NCBI GenBank assembly: GCA_963720755.1
Contig: CAVRGP010000002.1
Location: 96,001-160,000, forward strand
Direction of reading: 5' to 3'
DNA: 64,000 nucleotides
DNA from: an uncultured Chloroflexia bacterium
GTDB taxonomy: Bacteria > Chloroflexota > Limnocylindria > Limnocylindrales > CSP1-4
Part shown: in pieces, positions 1-10,039 of the stretch
Position numbering within the stretch: position 1 is the stretch's first letter
Layout of the letters: each line of letters begins with the position of its first letter
Notes under the pieces: generated by a model
Database searches by the model: none
Seen by the model: the letters and a program-made list of their open reading frames with translations, nothing else
What the model was told of the DNA's origin: nothing
Made by a program: the position numbers and the translations under genes

Positions 1-1180
1 GCTGATCGCCGAGCTCGAGGACATCCTCGCCAACCCGGCCCGGGTCAGCCAGATCATCAAGGATGAGCTCGCCGAGCTGAAGAAGAAGTACGCCGGCGAA
101 CGACGGACCCGCGTCGCCGACGATGCCAGCCGCGAGATGACCGACGAGGACCTCATCGCCGACGAGGACGTCGTGGTGACGATCTCGGGGCGCGGCTACA
201 TCAAGCGCCAGCCGGTTGCCACCTATCGGCGCCAGCACCGCGGCGGCAAGGGGATCATCGGCCACGTGACTCGCGAAGAGGATGCCGTCGAGCATCTCCT
301 CGTTGCGAACACCCATCACTGGGCGTTGTTCTTCACCAATCGGGGCCGCGTCTTCTCGGCCAAGGTCCACGCGATCCCCGATGCCAGCCGGCAGGCCAAG
401 GGCATCCCGATCATCAATCTGCCCGGCGTCCAGGTCGAATTGGGCGAGGTCCCGATGGCGACGATCATGCTCCCCGATTTCACCGCCGGGTCCTACCTCG
501 TGCTCGCGACCCGGCGAGGCATGATCAAGAAGACACCGCTCGAGCAGTTCGAGCGGGTCAGGTCGTCCGGGATCCGGGCGATCACGCTGCGTGACGAGGA
601 CGAGTTGGCCTGGGTGGATGTCTCCACCGGCGACGACGACGTCATCATCGCCACGGCGCAGGGCAAGCTGGCCCGCTTCTCGGAGGACGAGGTCCGGGCC
701 ATGGGTCGTGACGCTGCCGGTGTCATCGGGATCAGACTGGCCCGCAAGGGCGACTCGGTCATCGGGATGAGCGTCGTCCAGCCCGACAGCGACCTGCTCG
801 TCCTGAGCGAGACGGGCTACGGCAAGCGCGTGCCGCTGACCGACTTCCGCCGGAAGCATCGCGGTGGTCAGGGTGTCGGACTGATCAGCCTCGAAGGTCG
901 CAAGACCGGCGATGTCGCCGCTGTCCAGCAGGTCACCGAGGAGGATGAGGAGCTCCTGCTCATCAGTGCCGGCGGCCAGGTCATCCGGACCGAAACGAAC
1001 ACCATCAATCGCTACTCGCCGCACGCTCGGGGCGTGATCGTCATGCGCCTGGCCGAGGGCGATCGGGTCGTGGCCATCGCGGCGTTCCGGGCGGGACTTG
1101 CGGACCAGGACGTCATGGGCGACGATGGCGTCCCGGGAACCGACGGCACGAGCCCCGCGGGTCCGGGAACCGGCGGATGA
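1..1180 (+). CDS. gyrA: DNA gyrase subunit A, C-terminal part (5' truncated by window edge)
   Basis: Frame open from position 2. Contains the GyrA-box QHRGGKG and repeated beta-pinwheel blades (RGYIKR, FTNRGRV, TRRGMIKKT, GYGKR). Confidence 0.95.
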   Translation, partial: LIAELEDILANPARVSQIIKDELAELKKKYAGERRTRVADDASREMTDEDLIADEDVVVTISGRGYIKRQPVATYRRQHRGGKGIIGHVTREEDAVEHLLVANTHHWALFFTNRGRVFSAKVHAIPDASRQAKGIPIINLPGVQVELGEVPMATIMLPDFTAGSYLVLATRRGMIKKTPLEQFERVRSSGIRAITLRDEDELAWVDVSTGDDDVIIATAQGKLARFSEDEVRAMGRDAAGVIGIRLARKGDSVIGMSVVQPDSDLLVLSETGYGKRVPLTDFRRKHRGGQGVGLISLEGRKTGDVAAVQQVTEEDEELLLISAGGQVIRTETNTINRYSPHARGVIVMRLAEGDRVVAIAAFRAGLADQDVMGDDGVPGTDGTSPAGPGTGG

Positions 1181-1226
1181 GCCCGACGTGACGGGTTCGG
1201 CCTTCGGCGGACGGGAGGCGGCGCGC

Positions 1227-2300
1227 TTGTACGCGGACCAGTTCGAGATCTACCACGGCAATTCGAACCCGGACCTTGCCCGCAAGATCTGCCGCTATCT
1301 CGGCACCGAACCGGGCAAGGTCGAGGTCTTCCAGTTCGCGAACGAGAACATCTTCGTCAAGATCCTCGAGAACGTCCGTGAAAAGGACGTCTTCCTGGTC
1401 CAGCCGACGAGTCACCCGGTCAACCAGTCGATCATGGAACTGCTGATCATGATCGACGCCTTCAAGCGTGCCAGCGCCGGTCGGATCACCGCGGTCATCC
1501 CCTTCTACGCCTACGGCCGCTCCGACAAGAAGGACCAGCCGCGCGTCCCGATCACGGCCCGCCTCATCGCCGACATGGTCTCCGTGGCCGGAGCCGATCG
1601 GGTCCTGACGATGGACCTCCACCAGGGTCAGATCCAGGGGTTCTTCAACATCCCGGTCGATGAACTGACCGCGGTCCACATGCTCTCGAACTACTACCGC
1701 CACAAGCACATCGAGGATCCGGTCGTGGTCACCGACCTCGGCTTCGCCAAGCGGGCGCGTGCGTTCGCCGAGCTCCTCGACGCCCCGCTGGCCATCATCG
1801 AGAAACGCCGCGTCGGCAACCTGGACCGAGCCGAACTCATGAACGTCATCGGCGAGGTCAAGGGCAAACGGGCGATCATCGTCGACGACGAGATCGACAC
1901 CGGCGGCACCCTGGTCGAGATCACTCGAGCCCTCGAACGGGAGGGCGTGACCGAGATCTATGCCTGCGCGACCCATGGAGTCCTGAGCGACCCGGCGATC
2001 GACCGGATCGCGGCCTCGAGCGTGCGCGAAGTCGTCCTGACCGACTCCGTCCCACTGCCCGAACGCAAGCGCCTGGCCAAGATCACGACCCTGTCGGTCG
2101 CACCGCTGATCGGGGAGGCCATCAAGCGGATCCATCGCGGTGAGTCGGTCGGGGCCTTGTTCTCCAGCGAGGTGTCGCTCACGCAGGAGATGCTGTTGTG
2201 GGAGGATGGTTCGGAGGCGCTGCTCGACACGCGCCCTGACGATGGCGACGACCCGGCGTCCGATGCCGTGGCGGCGTCGGCACAGGCGGGAGACCGATGA
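1227..2300 (+). CDS. prs: Ribose-phosphate pyrophosphokinase
   Basis: Motifs PFYAYGRSDKKDQPRVPITA, MDLHQGQIQGFF and IIVDDEIDTGGT. Start taken as TTG at 1227 behind GGGAGG; GTG at 1188 is the alternative. Confidence 0.95.
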   Translation: MYADQFEIYHGNSNPDLARKICRYLGTEPGKVEVFQFANENIFVKILENVREKDVFLVQPTSHPVNQSIMELLIMIDAFKRASAGRITAVIPFYAYGRSDKKDQPRVPITARLIADMVSVAGADRVLTMDLHQGQIQGFFNIPVDELTAVHMLSNYYRHKHIEDPVVVTDLGFAKRARAFAELLDAPLAIIEKRRVGNLDRAELMNVIGEVKGKRAIIVDDEIDTGGTLVEITRALEREGVTEIYACATHGVLSDPAIDRIAASSVREVVLTDSVPLPERKRLAKITTLSVAPLIGEAIKRIHRGESVGALFSSEVSLTQEMLLWEDGSEALLDTRPDDGDDPASDAVAASAQAGDR

Positions 2301-2560
2301 CCCTCCAGCTCCACAAGCCAGACGATCACGGGGGCCTCGAGCCGCTGCCGCCCGGTCAGCCCGATTGGCGCAGCCAGCTCCGTTCGCCACGCTGGGGATC
2401 GGGCCGGGCGCACGACCGGATGCCCGCGCTCGCGAACCCGGAGATGAACCCGACGTCCCGGTTCCGTTCGGTCCTGTTCTGGCTCGGCCTGGCGACCGTG
2501 ACGTTCGTGCTGCTGGTCATCGGCTATGGCAGTGGGTTCTGGAGCATCGCCGGGTCCTGA
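2297..2560 (+). CDS. Small hypothetical protein with one C-terminal TM helix
   Basis: ATGA overlap with the prs stop. Hydrophobic stretch VLFWLGLATVTFVLLVIGYG. Confidence 0.65.
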   Translation: MTLQLHKPDDHGGLEPLPPGQPDWRSQLRSPRWGSGRAHDRMPALANPEMNPTSRFRSVLFWLGLATVTFVLLVIGYGSGFWSIAGS

Positions 2561-2588
2561 GCTCGACCTCACCTATACTGCACCGGCC

Positions 2589-5500
2589 ATGCGCTTACTG
2601 AACCAATTCGTCGACTCCAACGACCGGGAGATCCGACGCCTCCAACCCCTGGTCGATGAGACGAACGCCCTCGAGGCGGAAGTCCAGGCCCTCTCGGACG
2701 ACGAGATCCGCGCCCGATTCGCCGAGTTGCGGGCCGAGGTCCTCGAGGCGGCAGTGCCCGACGAGCCGTCCGACGACGAGCTCGGCCACCCGGACCTCGA
2801 GCGACGTCGTGAGCTGAAGGCCGACCGCCGGAAGCGCGAGAACGAGCGTCTCCAGCGCGCTCTCGACGACGTCCTCCCCGAATCGTTTGCGATGACTCGC
2901 GAGGCGATGCAGCGAACGCTCGGCATGCGCCACTTCGATGTCCAGTTGATGGGTGCCGCCGTCCTCCACCAGGGCAAGATCGCCGAGATGCGGACGGGCG
3001 AGGGCAAGACCCTCGTCGCGCCGATGGCCGCCATCCTCAATGCGATGTCCGGCCGAGGCGTCCACGTCGTCACGGTCAACGACTATCTCGCCCGCCGCGA
3101 CCCGCAGTGGATGGGCCCGGTCTTCCATTTCCTCGGCGTCAGCGTCGGGATGATCACCCACGACGCCTCGTTCGTCTTCGAGCCTGGGTATCCGACCAAC
3201 GACGAACGCTTCCTCAATCTTCGCCCCGTGACGAGGACCGAGGCGTATGCGGCCGACATCACCTACGGCACGAACAACGAGTTCGGGTTCGACTACCTGC
3301 GTGACAACATGGTCCTCGAGCTCGACCAGCGAGTCCAGCGAGAGCGCAGCTTCGCGATCGTCGACGAGGTCGATAACATCCTCATCGACGAGGCCCGGAC
3401 CCCGTTGATCATCAGTGGGCAGGCGGAGGAATCGGCCGACCTGTACTTCACCTTCGCCCGCCTGGTGCCGCGGCTGAAGGGGCGACCGGAAGGCGATGAA
3501 GAGGGCGGCGACTACTTCATCGACCTCAAGGACAAGGCCGTTTCCTCCACCGAGGAGGGGATCGGCAAGATGGAGGGCTGGCTCGGCGTCGAGAACCTGT
3601 ACGACGCGGACCCGCGACTGGCCCGCCACTTCGAGCAGGCGCTGCGGGCCCACGCCCTGTTCAAGCGCGATCGCGACTACATCGTCAAGGATGGTGAGAT
3701 CGTCATCGTCGACGAGTTCACCGGGCGCCAGATGCCGGGCCGCCGCTGGAGCGAGGGCCTGCACCAGGCGATCGAGGCGAAGGAGGGCCTGCGGGTCCAG
3801 CGCGAGAGCGTGACCCTGGCGACGATCACCTTCCAGAACTACTTCCGGTTGTACGACAAGCTGTCGGGGATGACCGGCACGGCGATGACCGAGGCCGAGG
3901 AGCTCCACAAGATCTACAAGCTCGAGGTCGTCGCGATCCCGACCCACCGCGAGATGGTCCGCGAGGATTTCGCGGACCTCGTCTACCGCGACGAACCGGC
4001 CAAGTTCAATGCCCTGATCGATGAGATCGTCGAGATGCAGGAGGAGGGCAGACCGGTCCTCGTCGGCACTGTCACGGTCGAGAAGTCGGAGCTTCTGGGG
4101 ACGATGCTCAAGCGTCGGGGCATCAAGCACGAAGTCCTGAACGCCAAGTTCCACGAGCAGGAATTGGGGATCGTCGCCCAGGCGGGCCGGTCCGGCTCGG
4201 TGACCATCGCCACCAACATGGCCGGTCGTGGGACGGACATCCTGCTCGGCGGCAACCCCGCCGGCCTCGCGTCGGAGGCACTCCACAAGCGCGGTCTCAA
4301 CCCCGCCGAGGTCGAACCGGAGGTCTACGAGACAGCCCTCGCTGAGGCGAAGGCCATCACCGGGGAAGACCACGACCGAGTCGTCGCCGCCGGCGGCCTG
4401 CACATCATCGGCACCGAGCGACACGACTCGCGCCGGATCGACAACCAGCTGCGCGGTCGTGCCGGGCGCCAGGGCGACCCGGGCTCGTCGCGCTTCTACC
4501 TGTCGCTCGACGACGACCTGATGAAGCGGTTCGCCAGCGAGCGGGTCACCGGGCTCATGGAGCGGCTCGGGCTCGACGACGACGTCGCCATCGAATCGCG
4601 GATGGTGTCGAAGACCATCGAATTGGCGCAGAGCCGCGTCGAGGGCTTCAACTTCGACATCCGCAAGCGCGTCGTCGAGTACGACGACGTCATCAACAAG
4701 CAGCGCGAGACGATCTACGCCGAGCGCGACAAGGTCCTCCACAACGAGGACCTGGCCGAGACGGTCCAGTCGTTCCTCGATGAGGAGGTCGAATTGCTCG
4801 CCGACAGCCACCTGGTCGGTGACGACCCCGGCGAATGGAACCTCGAAGGGCTCAGTGCCGCGCTCGAGGCGATGGGTCTGTCGGGCGAAGGCACATCGGC
4901 CGACGACCTGTGGGAGTTGCACAGTCGCGAGGCGATCATCACCCATATCCGCGATCTGGCCGATGCCCGGCTCGAAGAGAAGGCCGCCGAGGTCGGTGAA
5001 GCCGACTGGAAGACCGTCGAGCGGCTCGTCCTCATCCGGACGATCGACTCCCTGTGGGTCGAGCACCTCACCGAGCTGGACGACATGCGCCGCGGCATCG
5101 GCCTGCGCGGCTACGCCCAGCAGGATCCGCTCAACGAGTTCAAGCGCGAGGCATTCGAGCTGTACGACGAACTGCGCGGACTCATCCGACATAGCGTGGC
5201 GACGTCCATCTTCCGGGTCACGGTCACTCGCAATCCGGCACCCATAGCGCCGGTGCCGGTCGGCGGCGCGGTCCCGAGTCTCGCGGCGGGTGGCGGGGAT
5301 GTGGCCGCGACGAAGGGCACGACCAGCGACACCGCGACCGGCGTCCCGGCCGGTGTCCCGGTGGTCGCCGCTGCCGCTGGGACGGCCGTCCTGCGTGGCG
5401 GGCCAGGTCCGGCTCCGACCAGCGGGCCGATGCGCGAGTCACTCGGCGACCAGCCGGTCGGTGGTGCGATCGGCGGACCGGCCGGCAGCCCATCCGCCTC

Positions 5501-5603
5501 GGGCCCCAAACCCGGCTATACGCCGAGCGGCGCCAGGATCGGCCGGAACGATCCGTGCTGGTGTGGATCCGGAGCGAAATACAAGAAGTGCCACGGCCGC
5601 TGA
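2589..5603 (+). CDS. secA: Preprotein translocase subunit SecA
   Basis: Motifs MRTGEGKT, VDEVDNILIDEARTPLIISG, TNMAGRGTDI, QLRGRAGRQGDPG and C-terminal SEC-C motif GRNDPCWCGSGAKYKKCHG. TATACT at 2574-2579 lies just before the ATG at 2589. Confidence 0.97.
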   Translation: MRLLNQFVDSNDREIRRLQPLVDETNALEAEVQALSDDEIRARFAELRAEVLEAAVPDEPSDDELGHPDLERRRELKADRRKRENERLQRALDDVLPESFAMTREAMQRTLGMRHFDVQLMGAAVLHQGKIAEMRTGEGKTLVAPMAAILNAMSGRGVHVVTVNDYLARRDPQWMGPVFHFLGVSVGMITHDASFVFEPGYPTNDERFLNLRPVTRTEAYAADITYGTNNEFGFDYLRDNMVLELDQRVQRERSFAIVDEVDNILIDEARTPLIISGQAEESADLYFTFARLVPRLKGRPEGDEEGGDYFIDLKDKAVSSTEEGIGKMEGWLGVENLYDADPRLARHFEQALRAHALFKRDRDYIVKDGEIVIVDEFTGRQMPGRRWSEGLHQAIEAKEGLRVQRESVTLATITFQNYFRLYDKLSGMTGTAMTEAEELHKIYKLEVVAIPTHREMVREDFADLVYRDEPAKFNALIDEIVEMQEEGRPVLVGTVTVEKSELLGTMLKRRGIKHEVLNAKFHEQELGIVAQAGRSGSVTIATNMAGRGTDILLGGNPAGLASEALHKRGLNPAEVEPEVYETALAEAKAITGEDHDRVVAAGGLHIIGTERHDSRRIDNQLRGRAGRQGDPGSSRFYLSLDDDLMKRFASERVTGLMERLGLDDDVAIESRMVSKTIELAQSRVEGFNFDIRKRVVEYDDVINKQRETIYAERDKVLHNEDLAETVQSFLDEEVELLADSHLVGDDPGEWNLEGLSAALEAMGLSGEGTSADDLWELHSREAIITHIRDLADARLEEKAAEVGEADWKTVERLVLIRTIDSLWVEHLTELDDMRRGIGLRGYAQQDPLNEFKREAFELYDELRGLIRHSVATSIFRVTVTRNPAPIAPVPVGGAVPSLAAGGGDVAATKGTTSDTATGVPAGVPVVAAAAGTAVLRGGPGPAPTSGPMRESLGDQPVGGAIGGPAGSPSASGPKPGYTPSGARIGRNDPCWCGSGAKYKKCHGR

Positions 5604-5667
5604 GGGCGGCCTCGGATCCTCGTCTGGTTCGCCAGGTGGGCCATCCGGCGATCAACGGATTTCCCTC

Positions 5668-5696
5668 TTGGCGACTGCGGTTTGGCCCCGTATACT
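5668..5696 (+). promoter_or_regulatory. Sigma70-type promoter for the Cys-rich ORF-prfB unit
   Basis: TTGGCG-N17-TATACT. Confidence 0.65.
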
Positions 5697-5794
5697 GTGC
5701 CAAAACCCGCCGATATCGGACCTCCCCAGGGTCCTCTACTCGAGCCGAATCGTTTCCCCAGTCGCCTTGCCCAGCACACTGAGAGGGAGCCCCA

Positions 5795-6019
5795 TTGAAG
5801 CAGGCCGAGGAAGCATCCTTCGTCGATCTGATCGCCTGCGAGCGGGACTGCCGATCGTGCAGCTATGCCGCGGCGCTGGATTGTGACGGCAACTGCGGCG
5901 TCTGTCCGCACAACGCCTACTGCCCGTGCGTGAACCCCGTCGTCGCCCGGAGCAAGACGGCGCTGCGGCTCATCGAGCTGCGCCCCATCCTGCTCCAGGA
6001 TCTGCAGGGCCGGAACTAG
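5795..6019 (+). CDS. Small cysteine-rich protein (74 aa, 8 Cys), putative metal/Fe-S binding
   Basis: GAGAGGGAG SD before a TTG start and GC3-biased codons. Motifs CERDCRSC, CDGNCGVC, CPC. Its stop directly abuts the prfB start. Confidence 0.75.
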   Translation: MKQAEEASFVDLIACERDCRSCSYAAALDCDGNCGVCPHNAYCPCVNPVVARSKTALRLIELRPILLQDLQGRN

Positions 6020-7127
6020 GTGGAAGCGTCCGCCATCCGCGACCTGGCTGAACGGATCCAGTCGACCTCGGGGCATCTTTGACCTCGAGACCAAGGAAGC
6101 CCGGGTCGCCTCGATCGAGGCGCTGACCCAGGAAGCCGGGTTCTGGGACGACGGCCGGGCCGCCCAGAAGGTCCTTCGCGAAGCGGACGGGCTGCGTTCC
6201 GAGATAGCGACATGGCGCGAGTTGCTCGTCCGTGCCGATGACCTCATCGCGGCGGTCGAACTCCTGTACGAGGGGCCGGACGCCGACCTGGAAGCCGAAC
6301 TCGAACACGACGCGGCGGCCCTCGAGACCGACTTCAAGCGCGAGCGGACCGCTCTGCTCTTCTCCGGCGATTACGACGAACGACCGGCCCTCCTGTCGAT
6401 CAGTGCCGGAGCGGGCGGGACCGAGGCGACGGACTGGACCGAGATGCTCCTCCGGATGTATCTGCGCTGGGCGGAGCGCCACCGGTTCCAGACCGAGATC
6501 CTGGACCAGCAGGAAGGCGAGCAGGCCGGTCTCAAGAGTGTCACCGTGGCCGTGAATGGCCGACGCGCGTACGGCTGGATGCGAGCCGAACGAGGGGTGC
6601 ATCGTCTCGTCCGGATCAGCCCGTTCGACTCGCAGAACCGACGCCAGACGACGTTCGCGCTCGTGGAAGTCCTGCCCGAGGCCGAGGACGATGTCGAGAT
6701 CGAACTCGACTGGGACCAGATCCGGGTCGACACCTATCGCTCCCAGGGGGCCGGGGGTCAGCATGTGAACAAGACCGATTCCGCGGTCAGGCTGACCGAT
6801 CTCAAGACGGGGATCGTCGCCCAGAGCCAGAACGAGCGGAGCCAGACACAGAACAAGGAGATGGCCATCAAGGTCCTCAAGGCGCGGCTCCTCGAGCGCG
6901 CGCTCGAGGAGAAGGAGGAGGCGGTGCGCCAGCTCAAGGGTGAGCACGTCGAGGCCGGCTGGGGCAACCAGATCCGAAGCTACGTCCTCCACCCGTACCA
7001 GATGGTCAAGGACCTGCGGACCGGGTATGAGACCGGCAACACGGGGGCCGTCCTCGACGGCGACCTCGACGCATTCATGCAGGCAGAACTCGAGCGGGTG
7101 ATCGGCGAGGAAGCGGTCGCCACGTGA
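6020..7127 (+). CDS. prfB: Peptide chain release factor 2, with programmed +1 frameshift
   Basis: GTG at 6020 reads to CTT TGA C (6077-6083). The +1 frame continues into an ORF with the SPF and GGQ motifs. Confidence 0.96.
6070..6083 (+). promoter_or_regulatory. prfB +1 frameshift site (GGGG-CAT-CTT-TGA-C)
   Basis: Canonical CTTTGAC slippery stop with a short internal SD-like GGGG. Confidence 0.92.
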
Positions 7128-8104
7128 CCTCGGCCCGCCGGTCGGAGGGGATCGCCGACCGGCCATCGATCCGACCGGTCACACCGGACGAGTTGACGAT
7201 CTGCGCCGATGTCCTCCGCACGTCGGTGAACGACTACACCGGCCGCCTCGGCCAGCCCGAGATGCCGCCCGACTCGGCTGCGGTGGTCCGCCTGTTCGGA
7301 CACCTCCATTCGACCGATCCGGACCGATTCGTGGTCGCCACCGTTCCCGGGGCTGGGCCCGAGGGCGAGCGGATCGCGGGTTTCGCCTCCGCCTACGTCC
7401 GGGAGGACCTGTGGTACCTGGCTATGCTCTTCGTGCTACCCGGATCCCAGGGTGCCGGGCTGGGACGCCGGCTGTTCGCCCGGGTGGACGCAGTCGATCG
7501 ATCGATGCGTCGCGGCGTGGCCACAGACAGCGCCCAGCCGATCTCGAACGCGATGTACGCCGCCGAGGGCCTTGTCCCGAGGATGCCGCTGTTCAACCTC
7601 TCCGGGTTGCCGCGGCAGGTGGACGCATTTGGGGCGCTGCCGTCCGGGGTCACCCCGCTGGCGTTCGATGAGATCGCCGCGGGCGCGCCCGATGGCCAGG
7701 GTCACCGCATGCTCGTCGACGCGATCGACGGGATCGACCGCGCCTGCCTGGGCGTCGCCCACCCGACCGACCATCGCTTCCTGAGGCTGGAGGACCGGCA
7801 TGGTTGGTTGTATCGGGGCGCGGACGGGACGCCCGTCGGATACGGCTATGCCGGTGAAGCCGGGCGCATCGGGCCGATCGCCGTCGTCGATCCGGCGCTC
7901 GTCGCCCCGGTTATCGGACACCTGATGACGGCCGTCGTTCCGCGTGGAGCGTTCGCCCTCTGGATCGGTGGCGATGCCGACCGAGCCATGACCGCTGCGC
8001 TCCGGGCGGGTCTTCGGACCGATCCGTTCCCGGTCCTGGTGGCGTGGGATCGCCCCTTCGCCGACTTCTCCCGCTATCTGCCGCGGTCGCCCGGGCTGCT
8101 CTGA
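7124..8104 (+). CDS. GNAT-family N-acetyltransferase (probably tandem GNAT domains)
   Basis: Acetyl-CoA motif LFVLPGSQGAGLGRRL; GTGA overlap with prfB. Confidence 0.8.
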   Translation: MTSARRSEGIADRPSIRPVTPDELTICADVLRTSVNDYTGRLGQPEMPPDSAAVVRLFGHLHSTDPDRFVVATVPGAGPEGERIAGFASAYVREDLWYLAMLFVLPGSQGAGLGRRLFARVDAVDRSMRRGVATDSAQPISNAMYAAEGLVPRMPLFNLSGLPRQVDAFGALPSGVTPLAFDEIAAGAPDGQGHRMLVDAIDGIDRACLGVAHPTDHRFLRLEDRHGWLYRGADGTPVGYGYAGEAGRIGPIAVVDPALVAPVIGHLMTAVVPRGAFALWIGGDADRAMTAALRAGLRTDPFPVLVAWDRPFADFSRYLPRSPGLL

Positions 8105-8207
8105 ACCGGGCCCGGCGATGAGCGCCCGGTCCGTTCGGGAGCCCGGCGCCACGTTTGCCGGACCTTCGGGCGGGTGGTAGCCTCGACGCCGATGAGGCTC
8201 CCCTGTC

Positions 8208-9056
8208 GTGCCTGCGGACGGAGTCGACCGTGACGATGTGCGGCGCCGCCCGCCATCAAGCTTGCCCGCGGAGCCGAATGTGACCGTCGCCCCAGCCCCG
8301 AGCGCCACGCGCTCGATCCGCAGCCGCGTCCTTGGCCGGACCCGAGATCAGGCCAGTCAGGAGCGCGCCGTGCTCGTCATGCACGACGTGACGAAGCAAT
8401 ACCCCAATGGCAAGATCGCGCTGCGCGATGTCGATCTGGTCGTCCCCGAAGGCGCGTTCGTCTTCCTGGTCGGTCCGTCCGGCGCGGGCAAGTCCACCCT
8501 CATCAAGCTGCTCATCCGCGATGAGGTGGCGACCCGCGGGGCCGTCGTCCTCGATGGCCAGGATGTCGCTCGACTCAGCCGCCGTCAGGTTCCGAAGATG
8601 CGGCGCAAGATCGGGATCATCTTCCAGGACTTCAAGCTCCTGCCGTCCAAGACCGTGTTCGAGAACGTCGCCTTCGCCCTCGAGGTGACGGGCACGCCCC
8701 GTCGCAAGGTCCGACCGGCCGTGGAGAGCGTCCTCGCCCTGGTCGGCCTGACCGCCCAGTCCCAACAGAAGCCCTCGCAGTTGTCGGGCGGCGAACAGCA
8801 GCGCACGGCGATCGCCCGGGCCCTGGTCCACGACCCGCGGCTGATCATCGCCGACGAACCCACGGGCAATCTGGATCCGCTCATCAGCTGGGAGATCCTG
8901 CAGCTTCTCCTCCGGATCAATGAACTCGGCGTCACGGTGATGATGGCGACCCACAACGCGGAGGTGGTGACCGCGCTGCGCAAGCGGGTCGTCGCCCTCG
9001 AAGAGGGCCGGATCATCCGCGACGAGGTCGGTGGCGCCTACCATCGCGAAGACTGA
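8208..9056 (+). CDS. ftsE: Cell division ATP-binding protein FtsE (start uncertain)
   Basis: Motifs GPSGAGKST, LSGGEQQR, IIADEPTGNLDP and RRKIGIIFQDFKLL; followed by ftsX. Confidence 0.92.
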   Translation: MPADGVDRDDVRRRPPSSLPAEPNVTVAPAPSATRSIRSRVLGRTRDQASQERAVLVMHDVTKQYPNGKIALRDVDLVVPEGAFVFLVGPSGAGKSTLIKLLIRDEVATRGAVVLDGQDVARLSRRQVPKMRRKIGIIFQDFKLLPSKTVFENVAFALEVTGTPRRKVRPAVESVLALVGLTAQSQQKPSQLSGGEQQRTAIARALVHDPRLIIADEPTGNLDPLISWEILQLLLRINELGVTVMMATHNAEVVTALRKRVVALEEGRIIRDEVGGAYHRED

Positions 9057-9059
9057 CCG

Positions 9060-9944
9060 GTGATCACCTTCGTCCTGTTCAGCCTCAAGCGCGCCTGGCA
9101 GGGCTTCTGGCGCAATGCCGTCATGAGCCTGGCCGCGACTGCCACGATGGTCCTGATGCTGCTCCTGCTGGCCGGGTTCTGGATCATCCAGACGGGCTTG
9201 CTGGCCGGGCTCCAGTTCACCGAGCAGAAGGTGGAAGTCGTCGCCTACCTCCAGCCGAACGCGACCGATATCCAGGTCGAGACGCTCCAGGCCCAGCTCC
9301 GGACGATGCCCGAGGTGGCCGAGGTCACCTACGTCAGCCGCGACGAAGCCCTCACCCGGTTCCGCGAGTCGATGGCCGCCCAGGGTCGCGAGGATCTCAC
9401 CAGGTACCTCGATTCGAACCCGCTGTACGCCAGTCTCGAGGTCAAGATGGTCGACCCATCACAGATTCGGATCGTTGGCGACGCGTTGCGGGGCGACCCG
9501 AGTGTCCGCAACGTCATCAACATCGAGGATCTCGTCGATCGCGTCCTGACCGTGACCGGCATCCTCCGGACGGCCGGAACGGTCGTCCTGGTGATCGTCG
9601 GTGTCATCGCCCTGTTCATCATCATCAACACGATCCGGCTGGCGGTCCTGGCCCGGGCCGAGGAGATCGAGGTGATGCGCCTGGTCGGTGCGTCCGACGC
9701 ATTCATCCGCTGGCCGTTCGTGTTCGAGGGAGCGCTGGTCGGCCTCCTCGGATCGGTCCTCACGCTCGCCATCCTGGCCGCCGTGGCGGATCCGCTGAGT
9801 GCCTTCATGGCCGATTTCTTCCGGGTCCTGCCGCTCCAGTTCGGTTCGCTGACGCGCGACCTGGTGACGCTCATCATGGGCGCCGGCGTTGGCCTGGGGA
9901 TCCTGGGCTCGTGGCTGTCGGTCCGGACCTACCTCATCCGCTGA
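9060..9944 (+). CDS. ftsX: Cell division permease FtsX
   Basis: Signature IINTIRLAVLARAEEIEVMRLVGASDAFIRWPFVFEG; four TM segments. Confidence 0.93.
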   Translation: MITFVLFSLKRAWQGFWRNAVMSLAATATMVLMLLLLAGFWIIQTGLLAGLQFTEQKVEVVAYLQPNATDIQVETLQAQLRTMPEVAEVTYVSRDEALTRFRESMAAQGREDLTRYLDSNPLYASLEVKMVDPSQIRIVGDALRGDPSVRNVINIEDLVDRVLTVTGILRTAGTVVLVIVGVIALFIIINTIRLAVLARAEEIEVMRLVGASDAFIRWPFVFEGALVGLLGSVLTLAILAAVADPLSAFMADFFRVLPLQFGSLTRDLVTLIMGAGVGLGILGSWLSVRTYLIR

Positions 9945-10039
9945 CGGTCGTCGGCGCCACCGGGATCGTCGGCCCGACCAGCGTCGACCGCCCTCGTTCG
10001 GGACCCGTTGTACCCTAAGCGCCCCTTCCCGTCCCCAGC

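Noticed and set aside
2595-5192. 865-aa antisense ORF to secA, and similar antisense ORFs across the window
   Set aside because: Mirror frames caused by GC3 bias; no recognisable motifs.
5795-6019. Radical SAM enzyme or RiPP precursor call for the Cys-rich ORF
   Set aside because: Too short for a radical SAM barrel, and no maturase, protease or transporter cluster is adjacent.
6077-6083. prfB as a pseudogene or novel recoding event
   Set aside because: This is the well-known autoregulatory RF2 +1 frameshift.
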